From a virus, in IMG/VR virus record IMGVR_UViG_3300008267_000023, positions 19,218 to 83,217 of that record: a stretch of DNA of 64,000 bases; one strand, 5' to 3'. Positions 54,932-63,988 of the stretch are shown here, piece after piece; within the stretch, counting starts at the first letter, position 1, and the number at the start of each line of letters is the position of its first letter. The position numbers were made by a program, and so were the translations under genes. A model generated the notes under the pieces. That model worked only from the letters and a program-made list of their open reading frames with translations, ran no database searches and was not told the DNA's origin.

Positions 54932-55069
54932 ATGACTCGGATTTTTCTTGACGAATCGCAAATTGAAGAACTCGACAACTTTGATATTTACGAAGATTTA
55001 GAAGATATTTTTACTGAAGAACCAGTTGCCGAAGATGACTGGTTTGGTGTTGATGACCCTGAAATCTGA
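54932..55069 (+). CDS. highly acidic 45-aa peptide
   Basis: GAGGTG RBS; 18 D/E and 1 R. Confidence 0.65.
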   Translation: MTRIFLDESQIEELDNFDIYEDLEDIFTEEPVAEDDWFGVDDPEI

Positions 55070-55082
55070 TTTTTAATTTATT

Positions 55083-55493
55083 ATGTCTACTCGTTCACGT
55101 ATCGGCATCGAACTCAAGAACGGTTCTGTGCTTTCTGTGTATCACCACTGGGATGGTTATCCCGAATGGTTGGGTCGCATTCTCAACACTCACTACAACA
55201 CTCGGGAGAAAGTTGCTGAGTTGATTGATGGTGGTGACATGAGTTCCTGCTGGACTGAAGACCGTTGGAATAGTGAGACTAAAGCACAAGAATATGGTCC
55301 TCAATACTACTCTCAACGTGGTCAAGATTGTCCTCCACGGCACGATGAGACTCTGACAGAGTATTTGTCTGATGGTGAGGAATACGCATACCTCTTCAAT
55401 CGCAATGGTGAGTGGGTGTGCTATACTATGAATTGTTATGAACAAAAACTTCCAGAAATTATTGAAATCCCCTCTACTGCTCTTCACGTCTGA
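55083..55493 (+). CDS. conserved phage hypothetical protein
   Basis: MSTRSRIG...YHHWDGYP...EEYAYLF. Confidence 0.7.
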   Translation: MSTRSRIGIELKNGSVLSVYHHWDGYPEWLGRILNTHYNTREKVAELIDGGDMSSCWTEDRWNSETKAQEYGPQYYSQRGQDCPPRHDETLTEYLSDGEEYAYLFNRNGEWVCYTMNCYEQKLPEIIEIPSTALHV

Positions 55494-55496
55494 TTT

Positions 55497-55688
55497 ATGA
55501 AAACTTCTACTGCTCTTGGTCTCACCTTTGGTGTAATTGTTCTTGCTGTTGCTGCTCTATTTTTTGAAGCAGCACTGCTTGGATTGATTTTGTCTTGGTT
55601 TAATGTTTCATTGACCATCTGGCAAAATCTTGCTATCGTATTTCTTGCTAATCTTATTTTCAAACCCACTGGAGGTTCTTCGAAATGA
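55497..55688 (+). CDS. small membrane protein
   Basis: Two hydrophobic segments. Confidence 0.55.
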   Translation: MKTSTALGLTFGVIVLAVAALFFEAALLGLILSWFNVSLTIWQNLAIVFLANLIFKPTGGSSK

Positions 55689-55803
55689 TTACTACACTTA
55701 TGGCAGGATTTGCTTTTGGTTATTGTGTAATGGATATTATCTTAAATTATCGTGCTCGTCGTATTATGGACGAACTTCTTGAATCTACTCTGGAGAATGA
55801 CAA

Positions 55804-56211
55804 ATGAAACAACAAAACGGATTTATTGACCCTGCTATCGTTGCTATTTCTGTTGGTGTGATTGTAATTGGTGGTCTCATCTTTATTGGTGGTCCACAAT
55901 ATAATGTGTGGCAACAATCTCTTGCTGGTAAAGCAGAACTTCAGAAAGCAGAGTATACTCGTCAGGTAGCAGTTCTGGAAGCACAAGCAAAGAAAGATAG
56001 TGCTCAACAACTTGCCGATGCTGAAATCATCCGTGCTACTGGTGTTGCTAAGGCAAACCAAATCATCGGTGATTCACTGAAGGACAACCGTGAGTATCTT
56101 CAGTATCTGTATATCACTGGTATCGAAGATGGTGCCAAGAATGGTAATGTGACCATTTATGTTCCAACTGAAGGTGGTATGCCTGTTCCTACACTTCAAA
56201 TGAATAAGTGA
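55804..56211 (+). CDS. membrane protein with SPFH/band-7-like coiled coil
   Basis: TM + AELQKAE...IRATGVAKAN...YLQYL. Confidence 0.65.
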   Translation: MKQQNGFIDPAIVAISVGVIVIGGLIFIGGPQYNVWQQSLAGKAELQKAEYTRQVAVLEAQAKKDSAQQLADAEIIRATGVAKANQIIGDSLKDNREYLQYLYITGIEDGAKNGNVTIYVPTEGGMPVPTLQMNK

Positions 56212-56376
56212 TGTTGATGATGTCTGAAAATTGGGCAAAAGAATTAACTCACAACCAAGTGATTGACTTTTATTACAGTCAGATTAAAGATTGGTACACT
56301 CCTAAAAATCAAAGTAACATTTTAGTCTATAATAAAGAAGAAAAATTTTATCTATTAGAAGAACCATACGAACAAG

Positions 56377-57075
56377 ATGATTACGAGTAAAAATTTATTT
56401 CCAATAACATGTGTTGATGATTTTTACTCTGACCCAGATAAAATTAGAGACTTTGCTTTATCTTTAGACTATTCAAAGAAAGAGGATGGAAATTATCCAG
56501 GAGAAAGAAGTCAACTAGTTCATAAAATATCACCCCATCTTTTTGATGTTTTATGCAATAAGGTCTTTTCTTTGTTTTTTGATTTTAATTCAAATTATTT
56601 GGATTGGAAAGTTCAATCTTATTTTCAAAAAATTTATCCATTTGAATCTTCAATTGAAGATTCAAATGAAGTAAACTCTGGATGGACACATGTTGACGAT
56701 AATACAATTTTTGCAGGAGTTATCTATTTAAATCCAAATCCAAGTTTAGATTCTGGAACTTCGATATATGAAGCAGATGATATTGATGAAAATGAAATTG
56801 ACTGGAGTGTAAGAAATAATTTTTATAACAAAAAAGGATTGCCTCCAGATGAATATGCTAAAATCAAATCAAAGCACAATTTAAAATTTCATAAGACTGT
56901 AGAATTTAAGAATGTCTACAACAGAATGATTATGTATAGTGGTTCCTATTGGCATAGACATTCTGGTTTTTTGATGAAAAATGAAGATTTTAGATTGACT
57001 CAAGTTTTTTTTGTTACTCACTTAAAGAGTAATTATCCCCCACCTTGTATTAGGTGCCAAAACTACAATTTCTAA
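56377..57075 (+). CDS. 2OG-Fe(II) oxygenase-like protein
   Basis: VDDFYSDPD..R...YPGER; HVD...AGVIYLN...GT; YNRMIMY...H...RLTQVFF. Confidence 0.75.
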   Translation: MITSKNLFPITCVDDFYSDPDKIRDFALSLDYSKKEDGNYPGERSQLVHKISPHLFDVLCNKVFSLFFDFNSNYLDWKVQSYFQKIYPFESSIEDSNEVNSGWTHVDDNTIFAGVIYLNPNPSLDSGTSIYEADDIDENEIDWSVRNNFYNKKGLPPDEYAKIKSKHNLKFHKTVEFKNVYNRMIMYSGSYWHRHSGFLMKNEDFRLTQVFFVTHLKSNYPPPCIRCQNYNF

Positions 57076-57086
57076 GTAATTAAATC

Positions 57087-57287
57087 ATGACAACTAAAAG
57101 AAAATTTGTTTGTGTTCAACCAACTTCTAGTATTGCTCAACTGAGGTTTAATACCGAAATGGACAACTTGCACAGTTGTTATGTTGACATTGAAAGAGAA
57201 AATGTGCTATTTTTGACCTCTGTAAACGGTAAGTATAAGTTTACAGTAAACAAAACTGAAGATAGTAACTGGAAAATTATTAAATGA
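57087..57287 (+). CDS. hypothetical protein
   Basis: 66 aa in operon. Confidence 0.55.
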   Translation: MTTKRKFVCVQPTSSIAQLRFNTEMDNLHSCYVDIERENVLFLTSVNGKYKFTVNKTEDSNWKIIK

Positions 57288-57667
57288 AACATTTTTTTGC
57301 TCTTCTTGTAGTTTTTATGTCTGTGCCAACATTTGCACAGACAGTACCACCTAAACCGAAGGTGTATCGTCCTTTTGTATATGAAACTCCATGTGTTTTG
57401 GAGGCAGGACTTCAGACTTATCCTGATACCTGTAAAGTTGTAGAAACTCGTGAAACTGGTGGTGCTCTTCGCACCCGCAACATCTTTTCCAATAAGTTTG
57501 GGTTGACCATTAAAGGTCGATTTGATAAAGAGAAAGGATATATGACATGGGATAGTCATAACAAATATGAGTATAAGTGGGAATATAAAGTTGGTGGTAA
57601 TCAAGAATCTGGTGCATGGACTTATGTGATGCCTGGGTTCTTACTTCAAAATGTTTCTTGGGATTGA
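57284..57667 (+). CDS. hypothetical secreted protein
   Basis: Signal peptide ending TFA|Q. Confidence 0.55.
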   Translation: MKHFFALLVVFMSVPTFAQTVPPKPKVYRPFVYETPCVLEAGLQTYPDTCKVVETRETGGALRTRNIFSNKFGLTIKGRFDKEKGYMTWDSHNKYEYKWEYKVGGNQESGAWTYVMPGFLLQNVSWD

Positions 57668-57672
57668 TTATT

Positions 57673-57915
57673 ATGTTTATTAAACCTCTTGTTGCTTATC
57701 CACTTCTTATAATTATGGGAATGATTGGATTTAGTATCGGTGGAGTTGTTAGTACAGAAAGTACGACAAACAATACACTCAAATTGTGCAATCAAAAACC
57801 ACATGAGTGTAAGTTCAAATACGATATTTTGATGTATAATGAAACTGGTAGAGTTCCTTATGCTCCACCAAAACCTCAGACTCAACCACAACCCAAACCT
57901 GAAGAGAAGAAATGA
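57673..57915 (+). CDS. hypothetical membrane protein
   Basis: TM; LCNQKPHECKFKYDI. Confidence 0.5.
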   Translation: MFIKPLVAYPLLIIMGMIGFSIGGVVSTESTTNNTLKLCNQKPHECKFKYDILMYNETGRVPYAPPKPQTQPQPKPEEKK

Positions 57916-58154
57916 AACTTCTAGACTTTAAATATATCCAAGACTTTGGACACGAATATTATTTTTGTTTTCTGAAAGGAAAGAATCGGTCATTTCTTCA
58001 AGTCTCTTTGAATTGGAATGACTATGCTGGTTGGCCTTATATTCAAGTTTCTTCTGGATGTGGACGACTTCTTTCTGTTATTCTCTGGGTATACAAGTTT
58101 GGTCTAGATTTTGATGTTGCTGGATATAATTGGCCCTCTAAGTATGACGACTGA
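57912..58154 (+). CDS. hypothetical protein (paralog of 59411-59674)
   Basis: MKLLDF..DFGHEYYF vs MKLFDY..DYGKEWFF. Confidence 0.55.
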   Translation: MKLLDFKYIQDFGHEYYFCFLKGKNRSFLQVSLNWNDYAGWPYIQVSSGCGRLLSVILWVYKFGLDFDVAGYNWPSKYDD

Positions 58155-58345
58155 TGAAACTTTCAGAAAAGGCAAAAATATACTATAATGTTTGGTGCTG
58201 TGCATATCAAAGACGATATGCTGCCAAACTTGCACAAGACTGGCAAAGATATGATGGAGAGCATCAAACACTTTTAATGTGCTTGAATATGAAAGGTGCA
58301 AAGTGGTGTCAGTTTGATTCAGATAAACCTAAGCATTTAACCTAA
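58154..58345 (+). CDS. hypothetical protein
   Basis: TGATG coupling. Confidence 0.5.
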   Translation: MKLSEKAKIYYNVWCCAYQRRYAAKLAQDWQRYDGEHQTLLMCLNMKGAKWCQFDSDKPKHLT

Positions 58346-58432
58346 TGACATTTTCTCCCATAGACGTAGGAATCATTATATTTGTTGTAATGTACATCTG
58401 GTTATGGATTTTTATTTACTCACTTAAAGACA

Positions 58433-58660
58433 ATGACTGAAAAGCAAAAAAACATTATCAAATATACTCTTGGTGGTAGTATTCTATTGAATATGTTTAT
58501 GTGTTTGAATCTTTACCGTCAAATGATAGAACTTCAATATAAGGTAAGTTCTATTGATAGTAATGTGATGTCTGCAGTTCAATCTTTAAGCAAAGACGTT
58601 TGGGATATGAAAAGTTCATCGGCAAATAGTGCTAGTAATTATTCTGGGTATGCTGAGTAA
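58433..58660 (+). CDS. hypothetical membrane protein
   Basis: TM + coiled coil. Confidence 0.5.
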   Translation: MTEKQKNIIKYTLGGSILLNMFMCLNLYRQMIELQYKVSSIDSNVMSAVQSLSKDVWDMKSSSANSASNYSGYAE

Positions 58661-58820
58661 TGAATTTAACTATAATTAATGGCATATTGATGATGTGTTT
58701 AGATGGTTGGTTTGTGTGTGAAAGAAACTATGAACCACCTAAAATGCAATACTATGAACCAGGAAAGTCTTGTTATATTGAAGGAGTATTTTATACATCT
58801 TGTCCTAAGCAGGAATACAA

Positions 58821-58979
58821 ATGAAACCACTACCACCGAAAATTGAACTTGATATAATGTGGACGGTCGCAACGAGCACCAGTTTGGAAACTGGCACAAG
58901 ACCCCACCTGCTCTTTGCCAGGATGCTGTATGATGAGTTCAACGACATTCAACCCCGAGTGAGACTTAGAGATGACTAA
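58821..58979 (+). CDS. hypothetical protein overlapping an early promoter
   Basis: 52 aa with AGGA RBS. Confidence 0.45.
   Translation: MKPLPPKIELDIMWTVATSTSLETGTRPHLLFARMLYDEFNDIQPRVRLRDD
58877..58934 (+). promoter_or_regulatory. early promoter
   Basis: CACCAGTT..AACTGGCAC; TATGAT at a 49-bp offset. Confidence 0.6.
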
Positions 58980-59424
58980 AGTTTATAATCTCACAATTAC
59001 AAAAGAACAAGCATTGGCAATTTCTTTTGCTTGTGATTTACTTCAAAGAGTTGAGTTGGGACAGTGGGAAGAAATTGTGGATTGGTTGCCTCTCAAAAGA
59101 CCAACCGATTACGAGCAACTTCACGCAGATAGACGCACCATCGGCAAGATTCTTGCTCACCATATGATTGATGGAATTGATGGGTATGGAAGTTCATTGG
59201 GTGTTGGGCATCCAGACCTTCCAAAGAACAATGGAGTTCTTTATGACATTCATCAGGTTATTCGGCATAAACTTGCTTGGGAGCAGGCAGTGGAGAATGG
59301 TTTGATTGAGAGTGAAGATTCTCCACGCAAATGGCCCGAGATGATGCAAGTATGCTATGATGACCCTATGAAATGGGGAGACCAACCACTTGCTAAAATG
59401 GAGAGGATTGATGAAACTCTTTGA
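58972..59424 (+). CDS. hypothetical protein
   Basis: 150 aa. Confidence 0.6.
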   Translation: MTKVYNLTITKEQALAISFACDLLQRVELGQWEEIVDWLPLKRPTDYEQLHADRRTIGKILAHHMIDGIDGYGSSLGVGHPDLPKNNGVLYDIHQVIRHKLAWEQAVENGLIESEDSPRKWPEMMQVCYDDPMKWGDQPLAKMERIDETL

Positions 59425-59674
59425 TTATGAAACTTACGAGGACTATGGAAAGGAATGGTTCTTTCAAGTTCTCAAATCTTCCAAGTTTGCTCTGCTTGAT
59501 ATTACAGTGCAGTGGGATGACTATGGAGCAGATGAAATTATCCCAGAAATTTTGTTGACTATTGGCACTCGTCAGTTGTTTGGATTCTTCATCCGATACA
59601 AACGATTTCAATTTGATTTTGACCTAATGACTTCACTTCCACGCAATCTTGACTGGTATCGGAAAAACAAATGA
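59411..59674 (+). CDS. hypothetical protein (paralog of 57912-58154)
   Basis: GAGGA RBS; shared N-terminus. Confidence 0.55.
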   Translation: MKLFDYETYEDYGKEWFFQVLKSSKFALLDITVQWDDYGADEIIPEILLTIGTRQLFGFFIRYKRFQFDFDLMTSLPRNLDWYRKNK

Positions 59675-59922
59675 ACGTCCCACTCAAAGCAATCACAATT
59701 ACCTATAGCAAAACTATTACAGTTGCTCCCACAACTGATATGTTCTTGAACTCGGATGTGGAACCAACACAAGAAGCATTTGAAAGTATGATGCTTACTG
59801 AATTATTTGATTCTATCTTTTATGAGGTAGGAGGTAATGGTTCTCCTATGGATAATACTGATATTCAACGATTTGAAGATGTTTTTATTGACTGGTGGGA
59901 CTGGGATGTAAACGATGACTAA
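59671..59922 (+). CDS. hypothetical protein
   Basis: Coupled ORF. Confidence 0.5.
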   Translation: MNVPLKAITITYSKTITVAPTTDMFLNSDVEPTQEAFESMMLTELFDSIFYEVGGNGSPMDNTDIQRFEDVFIDWWDWDVNDD

Positions 59923-60106
59923 AAGAGCACAAAAACTCCTAGATGCTTCTATGGAACTCACACTGCGACCACAGAAGGATGACCGCAAGAAACTGATTGC
60001 TTTTATCCTAAACGAAGCAGCAGCACGACTTTGCACTGATTGGGGAGAACTTCAAAATCCTGTTGATGTATTGTATGAACTTGCCAATGAGGTAGAAGCA
60101 CTATGA
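59915..60106 (+). CDS. hypothetical protein
   Basis: Coupled ORF. Confidence 0.5.
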   Translation: MTKRAQKLLDASMELTLRPQKDDRKKLIAFILNEAAARLCTDWGELQNPVDVLYELANEVEAL

Positions 60107-60396
60107 CTGACCTTGATGAACTATTTGGACCAGAGAACAAGTTTGTTGTTCCTGTAACCATTCATCTTTCCACAGATGATGAGGTGAGATTGCGAAAGTT
60201 TATCAATCTTCACTTTCTTGGAGATGTTGATGCTAATGAACTTGTAGATGGTTATTATCAAGCAAAGTATCCAGAGAAAGAAACACAAGAATATAAAGAT
60301 GCTACTTGGAAGATTTCTGGTGGTTATACAGTAAATCTTGCTGTTGAGTTTGATACTAATGGAAATCCTACATTTGAAGTTGTGAGTGATGACTGA
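60103..60396 (+). CDS. hypothetical protein
   Basis: Coupled ORF. Confidence 0.5.
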   Translation: MTDLDELFGPENKFVVPVTIHLSTDDEVRLRKFINLHFLGDVDANELVDGYYQAKYPEKETQEYKDATWKISGGYTVNLAVEFDTNGNPTFEVVSDD

Positions 60397-60476
60397 CCCA
60401 GATTATTCACTTCCAGTAGGACTTGGAATTTTCTTTATCATTATTTTCATTATGTTCGCAACAGGAAATCTTAATT

Positions 60477-60662
60477 ATGGTTGAAAAAGTAAAGTTTGTA
60501 ACTATCACCCGAACTATTGATGACCGCAAAGGTATTCATTACCTTGATGCTATTGATGTGAATGGGTATCACTGGACTGCTGAAATGGATGACAAACAAG
60601 AGAAGTGGTTAGTGTATTCTAAACTATGGACTAAAGACCCTCAAATGCCGTATGACATTTGA
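60477..60662 (+). CDS. hypothetical protein
   Basis: IHYLDAIDVNGYHWTAEM. Confidence 0.5.
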   Translation: MVEKVKFVTITRTIDDRKGIHYLDAIDVNGYHWTAEMDDKQEKWLVYSKLWTKDPQMPYDI

Positions 60663-60719
60663 GGACACTTGAAGAACTGGCACAGGAGACCTCCACAAGG
60701 TCTCCTATTGGTCTATAAT
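60663..60719 (+). promoter_or_regulatory. early promoter with stem-loop
   Basis: GGACACTTGAAGAACTGGCAC; ggagacct/aggtctcc hairpin; TATAAT at the 48-bp offset. Confidence 0.8.
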
Positions 60720-60741
60720 AACCTCATAAGCAACCAAACCG

Positions 60742-60918
60742 ATGGACTACGAAACTGAAATCATAGATGGACGCAGAGCAGTTGTCCGTCACATCTTCAA
60801 GGCACACGAAATCCAAGTTGGTTCTCGTTGGGCACGAGCAGATGGTTCCAAAGGTTATGTGACCGTTGAAGGTCTCAATTCTTATGGAGACCGTTATTGC
60901 TTGATTGTGGAGGACTGA
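60742..60918 (+). CDS. hypothetical protein (58 aa)
   Basis: First ORF after the promoter. Confidence 0.5.
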   Translation: MDYETEIIDGRRAVVRHIFKAHEIQVGSRWARADGSKGYVTVEGLNSYGDRYCLIVED

Positions 60919-61142
60919 TGGATAACAAAGACGCAATTGTTTTTAGTGTATTGGTTATTGGTATTTTGAGTCTCTTTGGAGGTGTTATTGGTATGAATTA
61001 CTGGGATGCACAACAAGTTCGTGTGATGTATCAACAAGCATACGCAAAGAATATGGATTGTCGCAGTGATAGCAAAAGGTCTATCTACGAGATAGAGAAA
61101 GTATGCGGTTCTGTTCCTAATTTTGAGGATTATCAGAAATGA
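60918..61142 (+). CDS. hypothetical membrane protein
   Basis: TM segment; GGAGG RBS. Confidence 0.5.
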   Translation: MDNKDAIVFSVLVIGILSLFGGVIGMNYWDAQQVRVMYQQAYAKNMDCRSDSKRSIYEIEKVCGSVPNFEDYQK

Positions 61143-61459
61143 CTAAATGTATTCGTGACGGAAAAGTTGCTGTTCTGTACTCTCCTGGTTATGGAGCAGG
61201 ATGGAGCACTTGGAATGGTGATAAGTATCGTGAGTTTCTTCTTCACGATGAGAAACTTGTTGACCTTGTAGAATTCAACCAACAAGACAAAATTGAAGAG
61301 TATGTGAAATCAGTTTTTCCTGGTGAATATGTCTATTGTGGAGGTGCCGACCAACTACGAGTAGAGTGGGTTTATCCTGGAACTCAATTCCTTATTACAG
61401 ATTACGATGGTTCTGAAAGTATTGAATTTAATTCTGATGGTTATTGGAGTGTTGCCTGA
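61139..61459 (+). CDS. conserved phage hypothetical protein
   Basis: VAVLYSPGYGAGWSTWN...DYDGSE. Confidence 0.7.
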   Translation: MTKCIRDGKVAVLYSPGYGAGWSTWNGDKYREFLLHDEKLVDLVEFNQQDKIEEYVKSVFPGEYVYCGGADQLRVEWVYPGTQFLITDYDGSESIEFNSDGYWSVA

Positions 61460-61671
61460 TGACCGACATAAATCTCTGTAAGGATTGTAAGCATTACAAA
61501 AGAGATTGGGGTGCTCGTATTACTGGATTTGGAGACACATTTGACTTATGCCTTCATCCTCTTGTGACTGAAAATGTTGTGACTGGAAGAAATAATGGTA
61601 AGTATTGTGATCATGTGCGAAAGTATTATGAATGTGGGATGGACGGAAAACTTTTTGAGGCACGGAAATAA
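61459..61671 (+). CDS. Cys-rich hypothetical protein
   Basis: CKDCKH...C..C...CG. Confidence 0.55.
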   Translation: MTDINLCKDCKHYKRDWGARITGFGDTFDLCLHPLVTENVVTGRNNGKYCDHVRKYYECGMDGKLFEARK

Positions 61672-61871
61672 TGAAAGTTTATGATTACCGAATTGTAGAA
61701 GACCTCAATTTGAAAACTTTGAAACCTTATTTTTATATTCAATATTATCATCTTACTGAAAAAAAGTATTATCCCTACTCAGATGATACATTCCAAACTC
61801 TTCAAGAAGCACAAGAAGCAATACGACTACTGAGAAAATACAACGAACCTGTATATCATTATGTGGAGTGA
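61671..61871 (+). CDS. hypothetical protein
   Basis: TAATG coupling. Confidence 0.5.
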   Translation: MKVYDYRIVEDLNLKTLKPYFYIQYYHLTEKKYYPYSDDTFQTLQEAQEAIRLLRKYNEPVYHYVE

Positions 61872-62023
61872 TATGAATTTCTGCGGGGGGCAAAAGATGT
61901 CGGTCATTTGTCTGTTGATAGGGATTTGATTTTGGTGTATAATGAACTGAAAAAACTCTTTGATACTGGAATACGAAACAAAGAACCAGACAATTATCCA
62001 CACTTATACGCACCTGGAACGAA

Positions 62024-62674
62024 ATGACTGATTGGAAACCTGAAAAGAATATCTCATCTCCTTGGGATGTTGATACTTGGGAAAATAACATAGGACAACC
62101 AGTAAAACCTTCTGGGGATAATCTGCCGTATCCTTATACAACTCCACCACTAAAAATAGGACCATCAGGGTATAAACTCAATCCAGAGAAACTTGCGAAA
62201 GCACCTCAACGCATTTGGTCGTATTTCTTTGGTGCTTTTTATTTCACAGAAGAGTTTGAGTATTTTGATATAGTCAAACCATATTTGGATATTCCAGAGC
62301 AACCTAAAACTCTGGATGAAATCTCACAAGAGTTTGATGAGAAGATTGATAAACTGATTGAGAAAACGAAGAGAAACTTTTATGCCTCTAAACTAACTGC
62401 GGAGAGAAACTACGAAAATAAGTTTGATAGAATTATTCAGGACTTTGAGTATGCTAAGGAGCACGGAAGTTTCCCACAAAAACTTACCTATGTTACTACT
62501 GGATTGGGTGTGAATAATTATGTGACTTCTAACTTTGTAATCAAATCTACTTCTATGGGTGTTGGGTATTGGGATGTAAAACCAAACATTCAAATCTGGT
62601 TACAGGTGAAACCAAATTGGTTGGTGCGGAAGTGTGCTAAAATCTTCTTTGATTTTGGGTGGAAAGATGGATGA
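62024..62674 (+). CDS. hypothetical protein
   Basis: 216 aa; KPNWLVR...FGWKD end. Confidence 0.55.
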   Translation: MTDWKPEKNISSPWDVDTWENNIGQPVKPSGDNLPYPYTTPPLKIGPSGYKLNPEKLAKAPQRIWSYFFGAFYFTEEFEYFDIVKPYLDIPEQPKTLDEISQEFDEKIDKLIEKTKRNFYASKLTAERNYENKFDRIIQDFEYAKEHGSFPQKLTYVTTGLGVNNYVTSNFVIKSTSMGVGYWDVKPNIQIWLQVKPNWLVRKCAKIFFDFGWKDG

Positions 62675-62825
62675 GGACTACCAACCAAGAAATCGTGAAA
62701 AATCCAAACAAGCAAAGTATGGTTTGTTCTGGTGTAATTCTTGTGATAGACAACTGGTGCGTGATGGTGTAAAATGCCCTGTATGCGGAACAAAAAACAA
62801 TCCAAAGAAAATTAGATATGACTAA
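62667..62825 (+). CDS. small zinc-ribbon protein
   Basis: CNSCD...CPVCG. Confidence 0.6.
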   Translation: MDEDYQPRNREKSKQAKYGLFWCNSCDRQLVRDGVKCPVCGTKNNPKKIRYD

Positions 62826-63159
62826 TCCTCTCATCGCAAAATATGAAGAACTTTACGGGAAGAAAGAAGAACCAAAAGCAGAACTTGTAAAATTATCACA
62901 AGAACAGAGTGATATTCTGAATAAGTATCTACAAAATACTAATTTTCCTTATGCACCTCCTCAATCAGTAGCAACTTCAAATACTGGTATTACAGCAGTA
63001 AATCCTTCACGAACATTCACATCTTATGAACCAACAGAAGATGCTTTTTTGGAGGTTGCTGGTAAAGTTCAAAAAGGTGATGCAAAAGTTGTGAGTATGC
63101 ATATGAATATGGAACATTTCAGAAAATCATACACCTTTGAGGTTCAGGTGTACACTTGA
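62818..63159 (+). CDS. hypothetical protein
   Basis: 113 aa. Confidence 0.5.
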   Translation: MTNPLIAKYEELYGKKEEPKAELVKLSQEQSDILNKYLQNTNFPYAPPQSVATSNTGITAVNPSRTFTSYEPTEDAFLEVAGKVQKGDAKVVSMHMNMEHFRKSYTFEVQVYT

Positions 63160-63206
63160 AGAACTGGCACACCACTTCCCACAAGGAGGTGGTTTTGCCT
63201 TATAAT
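63148..63206 (+). promoter_or_regulatory. early promoter with stem-loop
   Basis: GTGTACACTTGAAGAACTGGCAC; accacttcc/ggaggtggt hairpin; TATAAT at the 48-bp offset. Confidence 0.8.
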
Positions 63207-63229
63207 ACTCTCATACACACAGACACCTA

Positions 63230-63415
63230 ATGACTAAAGTTGTTTATAATGCCTGCTACGGTGGGTTTGGTCTTTCTAAAGAAGCAGTCCAACGATACTG
63301 GGACATCAAAGGACAACAAGTTTGGATTGAAGATAGTGAGTGGGGATTTAAAGTTTGGTTAGTTCCACCTGAAGAACGACTGAAACCACAAACCACAAAA
63401 GTAATACTCTCATAA
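63230..63415 (+). pseudogene. probably truncated phage hypothetical (KVVYNACYGGFGLS family)
   Basis: ORF runs into a remnant of a promoter-cassette leader at 63401. Confidence 0.45.
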
Positions 63416-63712
63416 GCAACCAACCGATGATTGACCCACAAATCACTGACGAACAAATCAAAAAGATTTTTGAGGACTTCTGTGAGGATGATGAAACTAT
63501 GGACTTTGGAAACTTTCGTATGGCAGTGAGAGTGGTTCAACACACAATCGGACAAAACGCATTGAAATGACTAAACACGAGATTGGGGAAGCAATTGGAT
63601 TTTATATTTTTGTGGGATTGATGGGTTGGGCACTTGTGTCTTTCTTTCCTCTTACTTGGGGACAGGCACTCATAATCTCTTGGATGTATAACAAATTTGT
63701 TGATGAACTGAA

Positions 63713-63988
63713 ATGACACCTCAAATGCTTGATGCCTACACTGATTATCCTATTGGAAAACTTGGTGATACTGAATTTGAAAAGGCACCCATTCGTAAAT
63801 GCACTATTCTCACTTGGGACAGAAGCAAGTATTGTGATGTCCTTGTGTATTTTGTAGATGAGGATGGTGATTTGCGAGGACATATTACTAACTTCAAGCA
63901 GTGGTATTTGTATAAGAACGAAGCACGACTTGATGATGGAGTTCAATTTACTGATGATGAACTGAAAACTCTTCCTTGGACTTATTGA
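63713..63988 (+). CDS. hypothetical protein
   Basis: AYTDYPI..LGD...APIR motif. Confidence 0.55.
   Translation: MTPQMLDAYTDYPIGKLGDTEFEKAPIRKCTILTWDRSKYCDVLVYFVDEDGDLRGHITNFKQWYLYKNEARLDDGVQFTDDELKTLPWTY

Noticed and set aside
63365-63405. Additional dyad promoter at ccacctgaagaac
   Set aside because: Right half-site is missing and spacing to the -10 remnant is 34 bp rather than 47-49
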